Shown piece by piece: positions 51,541 through 64,000 of a stretch of DNA of 64,000 nt. The notes beneath the pieces were generated by a model. That model ran no database searches. It had not been told where the DNA came from and worked only from the letters and a program-made list of their open reading frames with translations. How positions within the stretch are numbered: the first letter of the stretch is position 1; each line of letters starts with the position of its first letter. A program made the position numbers and the translations under genes. The DNA is from Octopus vulgaris. Lineage: Eukaryota. The stretch is taken from contig OX597814.1 of NCBI GenBank assembly GCA_951406725.2, forward strand, positions 207,452,001-207,516,000, given 5' to 3'.

Positions 51541-54500
51541 TTAAAATGTTGAAAGGAGACAAATTTTTTCTCCTTTTTTTTTTTTTTTTACTTTGTTTGT
51601 CCTTATATAACTTGTTTTTTTTTTTCTTCAAATCTTATTTGATTTCATTTTTATGTCATGCTTTCATTTTTTCTTTTAAGTTTTTATATTTCATTACATT
51701 TATAAATAATTTTGTATTTTATTTATTTATTTTGTTACTTGTTTATTTATGTTGCTTGTTCTATCTTGGGAAGTGGGTAACTGCCACTGTTATTAGTAGT
51801 AGTAATAATGCTATGTCTACTACTGGTGGTAGTGGTTGTATTAGCACAATTGTAGTTCTATTTATATTAGTAGTATTGTAGTAGTAGTTGCAATAGTGAT
51901 ATTAGCAGTTTAGTAGTATTAGAGCTATTGTAGTGTCAGCGCTATTGTAGTAGTACTGATACTTTTAGCATTATTGTTGTAGTGTTAGCACAAATTGTAG
52001 CAGTAATACTAGCACTTATTGGTTATCATAGTGAAGGCACATGGCTGAGTGGTTAGAGTGTTGGACTCACAATCATGAGGTAGTGAGTTCGATTCTTGGA
52101 CTGGGCTGTATGTATGAGAAATGCACTTTATTTCACATTGCTCCAGTTCACTCAGCTGTAGAAATGAGTTGCGATGTCACTGGTGCCAAGCTGTATCGGT
52201 CTTTGCCTTTCTCTTGAACAACATCAGTGGCATGGAGAAGAGGAGGCTGTTATGCATGGCAACTGCTGGTCTTCCATAAACAATCTTATCTGGACCTATG
52301 CCTTGGAGGGGACTTTCTAGGTGCAATCCTATGGTTATCATTTGCAATATCTTTATTACAACTTGTAGTAAGCATCTGTTGTAAAACAAAAAATACCCCA
52401 AAATGCAATAACCTAATTAGTACACTACATATAAATGAAAATAAAAAAGAATAAAATGATAGCAAAAGTAAACCTCCCAGCAACATTTTGAGATTTACAA
52501 GAATAAAGTTGGTAGAATACTTCATTTGATTAACAATTATTGTAATAATATATATATATTTGGACTATAGACATTCCATGTGTTACTTATGTCATTTCAA
52601 TTTTGATGCATGTGTGTGTATGTAAGTGCGTGCATGTGTGTGCATGAATGTGCATGTGTGTAGGTTCTGCAGAACAAACAAGATAAATAGAAATTAGCAC
52701 ATAAGTATATATATATATTAATTAGTAGAAGTTGCAAAGTGGCTTTAAGGGTTGTGAGTTTCTTGCCTGGCCCTTGATAAACTGCCATTTATGAAACTCT
52801 CAGCCCTTGAATCACTTTGTAACTTATGCCAATTAAAATAATAGAATATGTATGTATATATGTAAGTGTGTATATAAATCTTTCTAACAGTGTTCTACTA
52901 TGTTTAACTCTTTAGCATTTAATCTAGCCATATCTGGCCCAAATATTCAACCAGTTTCCTGTTCAAACAGGCCAGATCTGGACTCTTATGCTTATCCTAC
53001 AATGTCATTCTAAAAATAAACAATCACATCATCAAAATCTTGAGGCTCCATTACAATACACAATAAGGCATGTAAAAAGCACCCACTACACTTATGGAGT
53101 GGTTGGCATTAGGAAGGGCATCCAGCTGTAGAAACACTGCCAGATCAGACTGGTGCCTGGTGCAGCCTCCTGGCTTCCCAGACCCCAGTCGAACCGTCCA
53201 ACCCATGCTAGCATGGAAAACGGACGTTAAACGATGATGATGATGATGAATCATTGCATTTGACACAATAATCAGAATGCTAAAGTGTTAAGATTACAAT
53301 TAGGTCTCCTTTTTATCTGATGATTAAAGTTGTTGAAAGCATAACAGCCAAACACATGACAAGCAGGACAAATTATTGTAGATAATTTCCGAAGAAATTT
53401 TTAACATCATCCATTAATGAGAAACCTTCCAGAATAAAGCCTTATTTTATTAAACAGTGTTGGATCCACTGAAAGTCAGTAGGCCCGATCACTCAAGTAA
53501 TGGATATTTCTAAGTATCTATTTCAGCTTTTCCTGTCAGTGTGGGATGTCCAACTGGTGTCGTTTACAAATCAATAAGATAGATGATTCATTGATGGACA
53601 CTTGTTTAATATTAACTGACAGTGGTGAGTGAGTACTAAGTCCCAATCTTCTTGTGTGGGTGTTTGTGTGGGTGTTTGTCTGTGTGTGTGTTTGTGTCTC
53701 TGTGTTTGTTGGGGCAACAAGAGGGCTTGGCGTTCACTCGTCCTATCTACAGATCAACAGGATTGACTGCCTGTTAGCTTATGATGAGTTCTGTGTCTAG
53801 CTCATCTTGTGGGGGATGCTAATGAGAAGCACTGGATATCATTCTGGTCTTGCATATAAGACATTGGTCTTACATAGAAGTAAATAAGATGTGATTACCT
53901 TGAATTTGAATGAGCAGCACTATCCATCAGGATACTTCTGTTCATACATGTTCAAGGTTTTTTTTTTATTTAATTGGATGACAAAAGATAGAATGACTAA
54001 AAATAAGAGAGAGCTAGGTAAAAAGATAGACAGAGAAGGAGAAAAAGAAATAGAAAAATTACTTCTCCCAGGTCTGTACAAGCAATGTTACAGTTTTCAA
54101 ATAGTCTCTTAATTTGTATTATAGCATACCTAACCCGGAGATACATGTGTGGAGGAAGAGTATATTCCTCTGTGTGCATGTATGACTGTATGCATGTTCT
54201 GTGTGCATGTGTGCATGTGTGTGTGTGTGTGTGTGTGATCATATAGTTATCGTGCTGATGCTTTGTTTTCATGCGTTTCTGTCATAAAACTTAAATGTAG
54301 TTAATATTTACTTTTTTATTTTCCAATATTGAAATTTCATTGATGTTTTCTGCTGAGTGTCACATTTTCTCTTAATGTTTCTATTGGAATATTCTTACAT
54401 GCTGCCAAGAGCAAATTAAAAATACCCATTTTCAAAATAAATTATATATCAGTATATATATATATATATATGTATATTTTCAATAATTTTCAGCATGTAA

Positions 54501-54756
54501 AGAGTAATATTTTAAATAGGCTTTTGAATATCGGTTGTACGCTGAATATTGATTTCTTAATGGAGCACATTAGAAATTATATGGTTAATAAGGGAACAGT
54601 AATGTGATTCTGAGGTGTTCATGACCTTTCTTTTTTTCAAGATTGTTGTTTAGTCCCAAATAACCATGTTCTAGGACTAAACAACACACACACACATATT
54701 GATAATTTGCAAACTCTAAAAATGTTTCGAATATTGGTGTACATTACATATATTAA

Positions 54757-54977
54757 CCCTTTCGTTACCAACCTGGCTGAAACCGGCTCTGACTCTGCAG
54801 TACAAATGTCTTGTTTTCATAAGTTTTTAATTAAAATCTTCCACCAAACCTTAGTCACAAATACTGTTCCTAACAGTAGTTTAATGATAACTAAGTTATT
54901 TTACAGAATTCTGTCTTATATCTAAAATAATTGAAAGAAACACAGAACATCTCAAAATAAATACAGTAACGAAAGGG
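54757..54977. mobile_element. TTAA-specific (piggyBac-type) MITE
   Basis: Perfect 12-bp TIR CCCTTTCGTTAC with TTAA on both sides. Confidence 0.85.
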
Positions 54978-56071
54978 TTAAGCTGTTAATGTGGGTACAA
55001 CTGAAATTACACGGTTAATAAGAATGCAGAAATGAGATTCTGAGACATTCATGATAGGTCCTTCTTTTCAAGATTGTTGTTTAGTTCCAGAACGACCATG
55101 TCTGAACAAAGCTAATATCAAAGATGTTCCAGCCATGACTATCACATCTGTTTTTCAGATGCAATGCATCTATGAACACAATGTCTGTATCCTTTCTTTA
55201 CAGACAGTAGGTTGTGATTTTAGGGAAATTCGGTCGTTATTACCAGCATTGTTGGCTCAAGTAAAATTACTGTAATGAGTAATTGAAATTGGGATGTATA
55301 TTCTGTTTGATTAGAGCTTGTTTCTACCCTGGTATTTTGTCAGGGGTAAGTGAATCTTTTATCTTTTACTTGTTTCTGTCATTAAACTGCGACCATACTG
55401 GGGCACTGCCTTGAACATTTTTTAGTTGAATGTATTGACTCCATTTATTTATTTTTTTAAAATCCTAGTACTTATTCTTTCAGGCTCTTTTGCTGAACTG
55501 TTAATTTACACACATCCACACACATGCACACACACCAGCACCAGTTGTCAAACAGTGGTGGAGTGACAGACAGACACACACACACACACACACACACGAT
55601 GGACTTCTTTCAGTTTCTATCTACGAATGCTTTGGTTGGCCTGAGGCAATTGTAGAAGACACTTGCCCAAGGTGCTATGGTCAATGCAGAAGGAGAAGCG
55701 GCTAAAGGGGGTTGATGGTCGAAAAAGTTTGGCGACCCCTGGTGTAGAGAATGGGTTGAGTCACTTTGACTTTCATTTCTTCCACAATCAATAAAAAATA
55801 AAGTACCAGACATTTAAGAGGACTAGTTCAAAGTTCAATTGAAATTGTTGTATAGTCACAGTAGATCATGAAAGACCTATTGTTTCTGCCACTTTCATTT
55901 ATCTGAAAGATAATGAATATAACATCAAAAAGAAAATACATATACATACACCATCATCATCATCATTTGAAGTCTATCTTCTATGCATGCATGGGTAGGA
56001 CAGATATAACAGGACACCAAAAAAACGTCGAACACGACGGAACGCATGCATACATTTCTAATTAATATTGT

Positions 56072-56122
<51 letters not shown>

Positions 56123-56247
56123 AGTGTTTAGTGAGTGGCTACTACACAGTAACTACATAAACATTTTATTGTAACATGCTGTGTACCAAAAGAATTTGAA
56201 ATGGGTTTTTTTTCCCTCTCTTCAACTTCTAAAGGGCACTGAGACTC

Positions 56248-56278
<31 letters not shown>

Positions 56279-57833
56279 CTGTGTGTGTGTGTGTACAAAT
56301 GAAATGGCCAAGAGCTGGATTATTCATTCTTCTCTCGAGATTTAATCTTGCAGGTATTTTTGTTGTATATATATATATATTTGAGGCAGTTCACTTATTT
56401 CCATACATCAAGCTACTTGGGTGGAATGAAATGAAGACACCAGGTATTGTGAGAATAACCTCAATGACTGATAGTTTAAGGTCTTATTCTGTAGAAGGAA
56501 AATATATTTCTCTTCTTCATTAAGAATATGTGGCTACATGTAAATGAAATTAGGCATTATTAAGCATTGAGATCTTATAGGGCATGTGTGTGTGTGTTTC
56601 CATGTTAAAGCTGCAGTATTTTAACCTCGGTGTTGAATACTGAATCGTGGCCGATGCCAGTGCCGCCTCGACTGGCTTCCGTGCCGGTGGCACATAAAAT
56701 GCACCATTCCGACCGTGGCCGTTGCCAGCCTCGCCTGGCACCTGTGCAGGTGGCACGTAAAAAGCACCCACTACACTCACGGAGTGGTTGGCGTTAGGAA
56801 GGGCATCCAGCTGTAGAAACACTGCCAGATCAGACTTGAGCCTTGTGCAGCCTCCTGGTTTCCCAGACCCCGGTCGAACTGTCCAACCCATGCTAGCATG
56901 GAGAACGGACATTAAACGATGATGATGATGATGTTGAATAATTTCATTCATGAACTAATATGAATATGTTTTGTGGTAATACATTGTATCTGACTTGTAG
57001 TCTATGCAAAATATTATTAATAATTTGATGTGAGATGATATAAAGATTGATTGAAGGTGAAATAGAGATATTGCAAGCTTTGTTGTATATCTAATGTTGA
57101 GTAAACATCTGTTATATATAATATTTCAGGGATAATTTTTCCACATTTGAGCCACTTACTTAACTGAATGTAACCACAGAACATTCATATAGCAAAAGAC
57201 ATACACTGATATCATTTTAAACATTTTTATTTGAAAAGTTATAAAATTTTTGTATAACAAATACAGTTTTCTAACTTCTAAAGAGTGCACAAAAAATATA
57301 CTTCTGTTTCCATCTTCTATTCTTCTGTCATAGTCTTCATTCTCTGGTGACTTTTGCAAACAGTACACATCCCTATTTCAACCAATACTCATGGTCCATT
57401 CACATCGCATGCATGTACTAGTGTGGTTGTTTCTGCTAATTACACTGGTTGATGCATTTAATGTTTACTACAAATCTTTCTTTTGGCCCGCTTGTGGCTG
57501 TGTGGTAAGTAGCTTGCTAACCAACCACATGGTTCCGGGTTCAGTCCCACTGCATGGCATCTTGGGCAAGTGTCTTCTGCTGTAGCCCCAGGCCGACCAA
57601 TGCCTTGTGAGTGGATTTGGTAGACGGAAACTGAAAGAAGCCTGTCGTATATATGTATATATATAAACAGTCAGAATGCGATAAAATAAAATTAATTATT
57701 ATCGCTGGTGTTTCTAGCACAGGCCATATATTATTCATATATAAGTACACTAACCGGCGAAGTATGTACTAGAAACACAGAAGCTTGATAAATTTAGTGA
57801 AATGAAAATAAAAACTTTTATTAACTCGGTTCT

Positions 57834-57906
57834 TCTTAGACTGCAGTTTCGCCTATTTCAGCAATAAAAATAATATTTATTTACCCAGGTAGGCTCTTCA
57901 GTAAGA
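57834..57906 (-). ncRNA. Type I minimal hammerhead ribozyme, copy 1
   Basis: UCUUA-CUGAAGA-GCCUA[34-nt loop]UAGGC-GAAA-CUGCAG-UC^UAAGA: full CUGANGA/GAAA/UH core, 5-bp stems I and II, palindromic stem III. Predicted cleavage between 57839 and 57838. Confidence 0.88.
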
Positions 57907-58234
57907 TTCCTGTTATTCTTAAATCGCAACTCGATAGACACATGTGCGTCTAATAATTTGCTCTTTCTAACAAATCAGATCACTGCGCAGACGCAGAACG
58001 TACCCGACAAACTAGGGATTTCTGGTATATAGTCTAACGCTCAAAATTTATCAAGAAATATGTAAACAAAGTCAGAATGCGATAAAATAAAATTAATTAT
58101 TATCGCTGGTGTTTCTAGCACAGGCCATATATTATTCATATATAAGTACACTAACTGGCGAAGTATGTACTAGAAACACAGAAGCTTGATAAATTTAGTG
58201 AAATGAAAATAAAAACTTTTACTAACTCGGTTCT

Positions 58235-58307
58235 TCTTAGACTGCAGTTTCGCCTATTTCAGCAATAAAAATAATATTTATTTATCCAGGTAGGCTCTTC
58301 AGTAAGA
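58235..58307 (-). ncRNA. Type I minimal hammerhead ribozyme, copy 2
   Basis: Core and stems identical to copy 1, with one substitution in loop II. Predicted cleavage between 58240 and 58239. Confidence 0.88.
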
Positions 58308-59482
58308 TTCCTGTTATTCTTAAATCGCAACTCGATAGACACATGTGCGTCTAATAATTTGCTCTTTCTAACACACATATATATATATGTGTGTGTTTGT
58401 GTGTCTGTGTTTGTCCCCCTAGCATTGCTTGACAGCCGATGCTGGTGTGTTTACGTCCCCGTCACTTAACGGTTCGGCAAAAAGAGACCGATAGAATAAG
58501 TACAAGGCTTACAAAAAATAAGTCCTGAGGTCGATTTGCTCGACTAAAGGTGGTGCTTTAGCATCGCCGCAGTCAAATGGCTGAAACAAGTAAAAGAGAG
58601 AGTAAAGAGTTGTGCTCAGTTTTCATGCAGTTTATTGTTTAACCTTCTTTATGGGCAATGAAGAAATTGCTGATATTTTTTTTTGTTTACAGAGAATGAT
58701 ATTTTTCTTGTTTTTTGACTAGTTACAAAGGCCCGATATTTTAGGATAGGTTTTATTCATGCCTTCTCCACAGGTTAAGTATATTATCGTATATTGTTAG
58801 AAACCCCAGGTTGGCTTTCATTGAGCAGGTGTATGGTTTGCAAGTAGTTAACCAATGGACAAGATGCAACCCCTGAAATCCATCTTCCCAGTTAAACCCT
58901 ATCTCCACCAATGAGGAAACCTCTGTGCAGTTGCTGGGCTTGGAAGAAATTTTAACCAAATCTTCCTTCAAATACTAGCCTATTCTTAAAACAGGATGGA
59001 TATTAGTAGCATAAGTGAAGTAAACTTGTGTCTAACAAAAATTGGAGCATCTGTTGGTTTATGGAATGCATTTACTTGATAGTGAATAATTCTCTAACTG
59101 TTGAAGAGTTTTGGTTAACCGAATGATTATAACACTGTAGCAGAAACTTCATTGTATTTAGTTTGGAGATTTTGCTATCCTAAGTTGAGTTTCCAGTGGA
59201 GTCCACTGTGCTTTTCATTCTACAAGGTATCAATAAAATGAGAATAAGTATTACACTGTCATTGATTGAATTGAGCTACCCTCTCTCTTTACATAAGAAA
59301 ATATATTTAAAAAAATCTGGCTGCATGTATGCCTACTGAAGAAAGATAAATAGTAGTGCAGATAAAGTATGTGAGTATGTTTGTGAGTTGAAATCTGGTA
59401 AACTAATTAAAGCAATATCTCCCAGATTATCACTCTATTACTCTTTCTCTCTCTCAATGTATAGGTATGCATGTTTTATATA

Positions 59483-59869
59483 TCTCTCTCTATATAAACG
59501 GCAGTTTGTCTGTGTGTGTTTCTGTGTGTCTGTTTTGTTGTACCCTCACTCTGACCACGGCTTTCAACCGATTATGATGAAACTTGACACACACATAGCC
59601 CAATGTCATAATTCAAAACTAACGCAGCGAAAATTTTGAAAAGTTCCCCCAGTTCTGAAAAAGATCGATAAATTCGACATGGGGTCGACAATCAGAAACA
59701 CAAACCACAGATGGTCTAGGGGACGCAACTCGACCTTTTTAACTATCAAAAAAAAATTTACCATAATTTTTTTTCCCCATTTTTTTGCTATTTTTTGGCT
59801 ATAACTCTCTAAAAATGCTTTATAGTTATTTCCCTTACAAACCCGAGCAACGCCGGGCGATACTGCTAG
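59483..59869 (+). mobile_element. Non-autonomous Helitron
   Basis: A|TCTCTCTCTATATAAACGG...cccgagcaacgccgggcgatactgCTAG|T; near-identical to 32808-33199. Confidence 0.78.
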
Positions 59870-59927
59870 TATATATATATTACATATACATTTTCTTCTA
59901 TTTGTATACACAAATGTGTGTGTGCGC

Positions 59928-59970
<43 letters not shown>

Positions 59971-60144
59971 CACATGTAAAAGTTGAACGATGAAAATGAG
60001 TGCTCAACACCACATTGCTGGGTATAATTTCCTTGTTTTCCAAAATGGAGGCAAACACCTTTCTCCATGCGATTGGCTTGAAAAATTGAGACACTAGGAT
60101 ATTTTCCTACTTTTCTTAACATGAAACCAATGGTAGCCTTAATT

Positions 60145-60190
<46 letters not shown>

Positions 60191-61922
60191 TAATTATTAA
60201 TGATAAAGAGTATGGAGACTTGTTCCTCCACAATTTATTTTATAATTTTATACAGCATATTACAATGACCTACAGATGTTCTATTTCACAGACTACTCAC
60301 AGTTGTAGATATAAACTAGGATTAAATCCATGCCATAGGTATCCATCTAAATATTGGTGGATGTGAAATCAACTGTTACACATACAGTTCAGTAGGCCAA
60401 AAGCAATTTCAGAATGGTTTCTAGTCCAGCATAGATTTAACACTCGAGGCCCTTCGTGCCGTGGATCACACAACTATGATGTATGGGCGAAAGCCTTTAT
60501 ATCATGGTGTCATAATCATGTATATAATCAGTTGTCCAGTATTTTACACTTCATCCATTTTTTCTCTCTGCCATCATCTTCCCAGTTACACTGTTTCCTA
60601 ACTTTGCAACAATCATTGAATTCAGTGTGTAGATGTGTGTCCACAATTGTATGTATGTGTATATGGGAGGGTGCACCAAGCTGAAAGTTTTAAGATTTTT
60701 GTATTTATAATGTGTACATAGGTGCAGGCATGGCTGTATAGTTTAGCAACTCTCTTTGCAATCATGTAGTTTGGGGTTCAGTCCCACTGCACAGCACCTT
60801 TGGCTATAGCACCTTCTATTATAGCCCCAGGCTGACCTGTGCCTTGTGAGGGAATTTGGTAGTTGGGAACTGTATTGAAGCCCATTCTATATTTGTGTTT
60901 GTCCCTATCCCACTGCCTAACAATTGGTATTGGTTTGTTTATGTCCCCATAATTTAGTGGTTCAGCATAAAAGACCAATAAAACTAAGTACCAAATTTTG
61001 AAAAAAATATGTACTGGGGCTGATTTGTTTGACTAAAACTTTTCAAGGCAATACTCCAGCGTGGTCACAGTCCTATGTCTGGAACAAGGAAAAGAAAACT
61101 GAAGAATATCAGAATATCACAAAGGACATTTCCTTGGGTCCTGCAAGATGTTCATTTTGCTTGTGTTAATTGGGCTATAAAAGACACCACTGCCCCTTGC
61201 TTGATAATGTATCGAAAATGTTAAGACACATAAAATAATTGGCACACCTACACACAGAGGCAGGCAGGAAATACTTGCATGCATATATGTAGCACATAGA
61301 TAGGTGATATCCAAGCATATAGGCAAAGCATTACACATACACATGGATGACTGGTATATGCAGACATCCACATACATGGACAAGCATGTATATATGCACT
61401 TTCACAGACACACAGAGACACACCCACACACACTTTCTTGGTATATGTGTGTGTGCGTATATGGACTGATCAGATGACTCATGTTGCTGAGTATCTGCAT
61501 TTATGTACCTTGAGGTCTCTCTTTCTTGCTCTCTCTCTTTCTTTCTTGCCCTCCTTCTCTGTCCCTTCCCCCCTCCCTCCCTCTTTTCCTCACTTTCACA
61601 TCTCATCAATTTCTTTATTCATTTCCCATCTCATAAAACTGCTTATCTGGAACATGGCAACTGAAATGACATATTTCCTCAATCTTATCATTTATCACTT
61701 GAAACTGATTAAAGTAAAGGGTTTCCCCACAAGCATAAAGCTCACCTTTGTATTTGATTTCTTTCACTTGTAGAACTGTCAAAAAAAAAAAAAAACCCAA
61801 AAAAACTAAAAAAAAATCCTTTTCGGTCCTCCTTCCCTTTTTCTCTTCTATTAACCAAAACAAATTTTTACTGAATTTGTGTATCACATATTCACACAAT
61901 TACAGCATGATAGAAAGAAATA

Positions 61923-61982
<60 letters not shown>

Positions 61983-62239
61983 GATAGAAATATATGTACA
62001 TGCACTTCCACACAGACTTGAATATCTATTGCAGTGGGAATATTGGCAGTTTAAAAATAGTGGGTGAAGATAAAAATGTTGTTAGGGCTTAGGGTGGATA
62101 AACTGAGGCTTAGATTTATTTAGGGATTGAAAAGGCTCTTGACATCAAATAAACAAGAAATTTCTCATCTGTAGGATGAATTAAGGAAGATAAGGAATTG
62201 TGTGTGTGTGTGTGTGTGTGTGTATTTTGCACCTTAATT

Positions 62240-62440
62240 GTTGTTGTTAAACCCCTGGTTGACCCTGATTCGGTGATACTATGGGCAAAGACATTCCAAT
62301 CATAACAATCTCCATCTGTTATTCAGATTTACTGTATCTAGGACTACTTTATCCGATTCATCACATACAAGCAAGTATGATCGGGAGGAGTTTTGACTGC
62401 TATTTCTAGCAAGTCAAGTGGTTATATAGAGGCTCCATCA
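62240..62440 (+). repeat. Old dispersed repeat family; related copies near 13470-13640, 14795-14970, 24620-24790 (-), 46350-46530, 49445-49670, 55070-55260
   Basis: Shared motifs gttgtt..a.ccc.ggt..accctgat, tatgatcaaagacattccagc and gagattt.gctgctatttctagc. Confidence 0.55.
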
Positions 62441-62682
62441 TTAGTACCAGGGTCTCTCTCTCTCTCACACTCTCTCCCTCTCCCACTCTCTCTCTCTCAC
62501 TCTTTATTTCTTATCCATTCATTTTGCTATTTCAATTGAAGTGTCACAACCAAATAAAGTGATTTATATAAATTCCAGAATATTTTTTGATATTCTTTCT
62601 TCAGCCCCTCTCCCCAGCTCCTTTTTTTTTTGTTATCTAGTTTCAGCTCACAAGCTGTGGCCATGCTGGGGCACCGCCATTT

Positions 62683-62689
62683 AAAAAAA
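62683..62689 (-). terminator. RNA polymerase III oligo(T) terminator of the tRNA-Ala gene
   Basis: T7 run on the minus strand 7 nt downstream of the tRNA 3' end. Confidence 0.75.
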
Positions 62690-62696
62690 GATCTTA

Positions 62697-62768
62697 TGGA
62701 GATGCCGGGGATCGAACCCGGGGCCTTTCACATGCAAAGCGAACGCTCTACCACTGAGCTACATCCCC
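62697..62768 (-). tRNA. trnA-TGC: tRNA-Ala (anticodon TGC)
   Basis: GGGGATGTAGCTCAGTGGTAGAGCGTTCGCTTTGCATGTGAAAGGCCCCGGGTTCGATCCCCGGCATCTCCA: 72 nt, complete cloverleaf, G3:U70 alanine identity pair, A73 discriminator, intact A/B boxes, no encoded CCA. Confidence 0.96.
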
Positions 62769-64000
62769 AGCTCTTTATTCGTTTTTGCTTTCTGTTCACG
62801 ATGCTGTTTTCAGAAGTTAAGAAAATCCACGTCCAACGTTTCCCTCATTCAAATAGAACTGATACTTTGTTCCTTTAGCAAAGCGGAAGATACTACAACA
62901 CTGTGTTAAATTAAGTGTCTCATACATCTATAATCATATCCTTTGTATCTAATAACAGTTTGTAAACTGTTGCATAATGATCTACATACAAGTCAGTCCA
63001 AATGTTTTAGTCGACAGGAAGTTATCTTGTAACCTAAGTGTGTTGATGTCACGATATTTCTTCTGTTAAGGCAGCGAGCTGGCAGAATCGTTAGCATGCC
63101 AGGCAAAATGCTTAGCAGTATTTCGTCTGCCGCTACGTTCTGAGTTCAAATTCCGCCGAGGTCGACTTTGCCTTTCATCCTTTCAGGGTCGATTAAATAA
63201 GTACCAGTTACGCACCGGGGTCGATATAATCGACTTAATCCGTGTGTCTGTCTTTGTTTGTCCCTTCTGTGTTTAGCCCCTTGTGGGTAGTAAAGAAATA
63301 GATATTTCTTCTGTTTATGATGGTGAGCTGAAAGAATCATTAGCATACCAGGCAAAATGCTTAGCGCCATTTCATCTTTCTTTACATTCTGAGTTCAAAT
63401 TCCTCCAAGGTTGACTTAGTTGTTTATTCTTTCAGGGTCAATAAAATTAGTGCCAGTTTAGCACTTGAGTTGTTGTAATTGACTTACCCCACCTCCCTGA
63501 AATGCTGACCTTGTGCCAAAAATTTTAAACCAATATTACTTCTGTTACCTTTCCCTTTTCTACTCTAGGCACAAGGCCCAAAATTTTTGGGGAGGGGGGG
63601 TCAGTCGATTAAATCGACACCAATAAGCAACTGGTACATAATTTATCAACCCCACCAAAAGGTTGAAAGGCATAGTTGCCTTTGGTGGAATTTGAACTCA
63701 GTATGTAAAAAGACAAAATGCCGCTAAGCATTTCACCCAGCATGCTAGTGCTTCTGCCAGCTTGCCACCTTATTCTGTTACCTTTTCCATCCAAGATGGT
63801 GTGTTGTGTATGATAAGACTTAAGCTCAAGGAAGCTTTAAGCAATTTTCTTGGTCTTTATTTTAATATAGTGAGAAATTTTCCATTGTCCTACTAACAAT
63901 AGTTTTAGATTTTACACAAGGCTAATAAATAATGGGTTACAACGAAGTAGAGTGTCAGTGACCTGATCATAATGATCATAAATGTACTATGAAAAAGACT

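Larger units (their letters stand above)
57669..58373 (-). mobile_element. Partial tandem repeat (304-bp repeat, 97-bp spacer, 304-bp repeat) with hammerhead ribozymes; retrozyme or Penelope-pLTR-like
   Basis: 57669-57972 and 58070-58373 differ at 3 positions. The period is 401 bp and there is no ORF. Confidence 0.85.
57490..58609 (+). mobile_element. Family A SINE split by insertion of the hammerhead tandem element into its (TA)n tract
   Basis: 5' half at 57490-57665 and 3' half at 58374-58609 match intact family A copies. Confidence 0.88.

Noticed and set aside
57669-58373. TRIM or LTR retrotransposon reading of the direct repeats
   Set aside because: No consistent TG...CA ends on both repeats, and no clear PBS, PPT or 4-6-bp TSD. 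The hammerheads and TA-tract insertion fit a Penelope or retrozyme tandem better.

Overview
AT-rich, microsatellite- and transposon-dense animal genomic DNA. The SINE types, (TA)/(CA)/(TACA) tracts and decayed 'GEKPYHCDICGKSFS'-type zinc fingers suggest an octopus or other coleoid cephalopod; this is an inference. Host genes: one large coding exon (ATG 21754, probable splice donor after 24067) encoding a disordered, PxxP- and Tyr-motif-rich protein N-terminus, and one intact tRNA-Ala(TGC) gene at 62697-62768 (-). The rest is intronic or intergenic. It holds a full-length but inactivated Chapaev3-type DNA transposon (10088-13203, TTA TSD), a mariner remnant, RTE and CR1 LINE 3' ends, at least five SINE or short-repeat families, TTAA (piggyBac-type) and hAT MITEs, non-autonomous Helitrons, a C2H2 zinc-finger pseudogene and Penelope-like remnants. 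The most striking signal is a young 401-bp-period tandem element at 57669-58373. It carries two intact minimal type I hammerhead ribozymes on the minus strand, so it is a candidate retrozyme or Penelope pLTR unit that could release a 401-nt self-cleaved, possibly circular RNA. Three more hammerhead-like motifs, all degenerate and with different sequences, lie in palindromic or inverted Penelope-like structures. All calls are by-eye readings; no database search was run.
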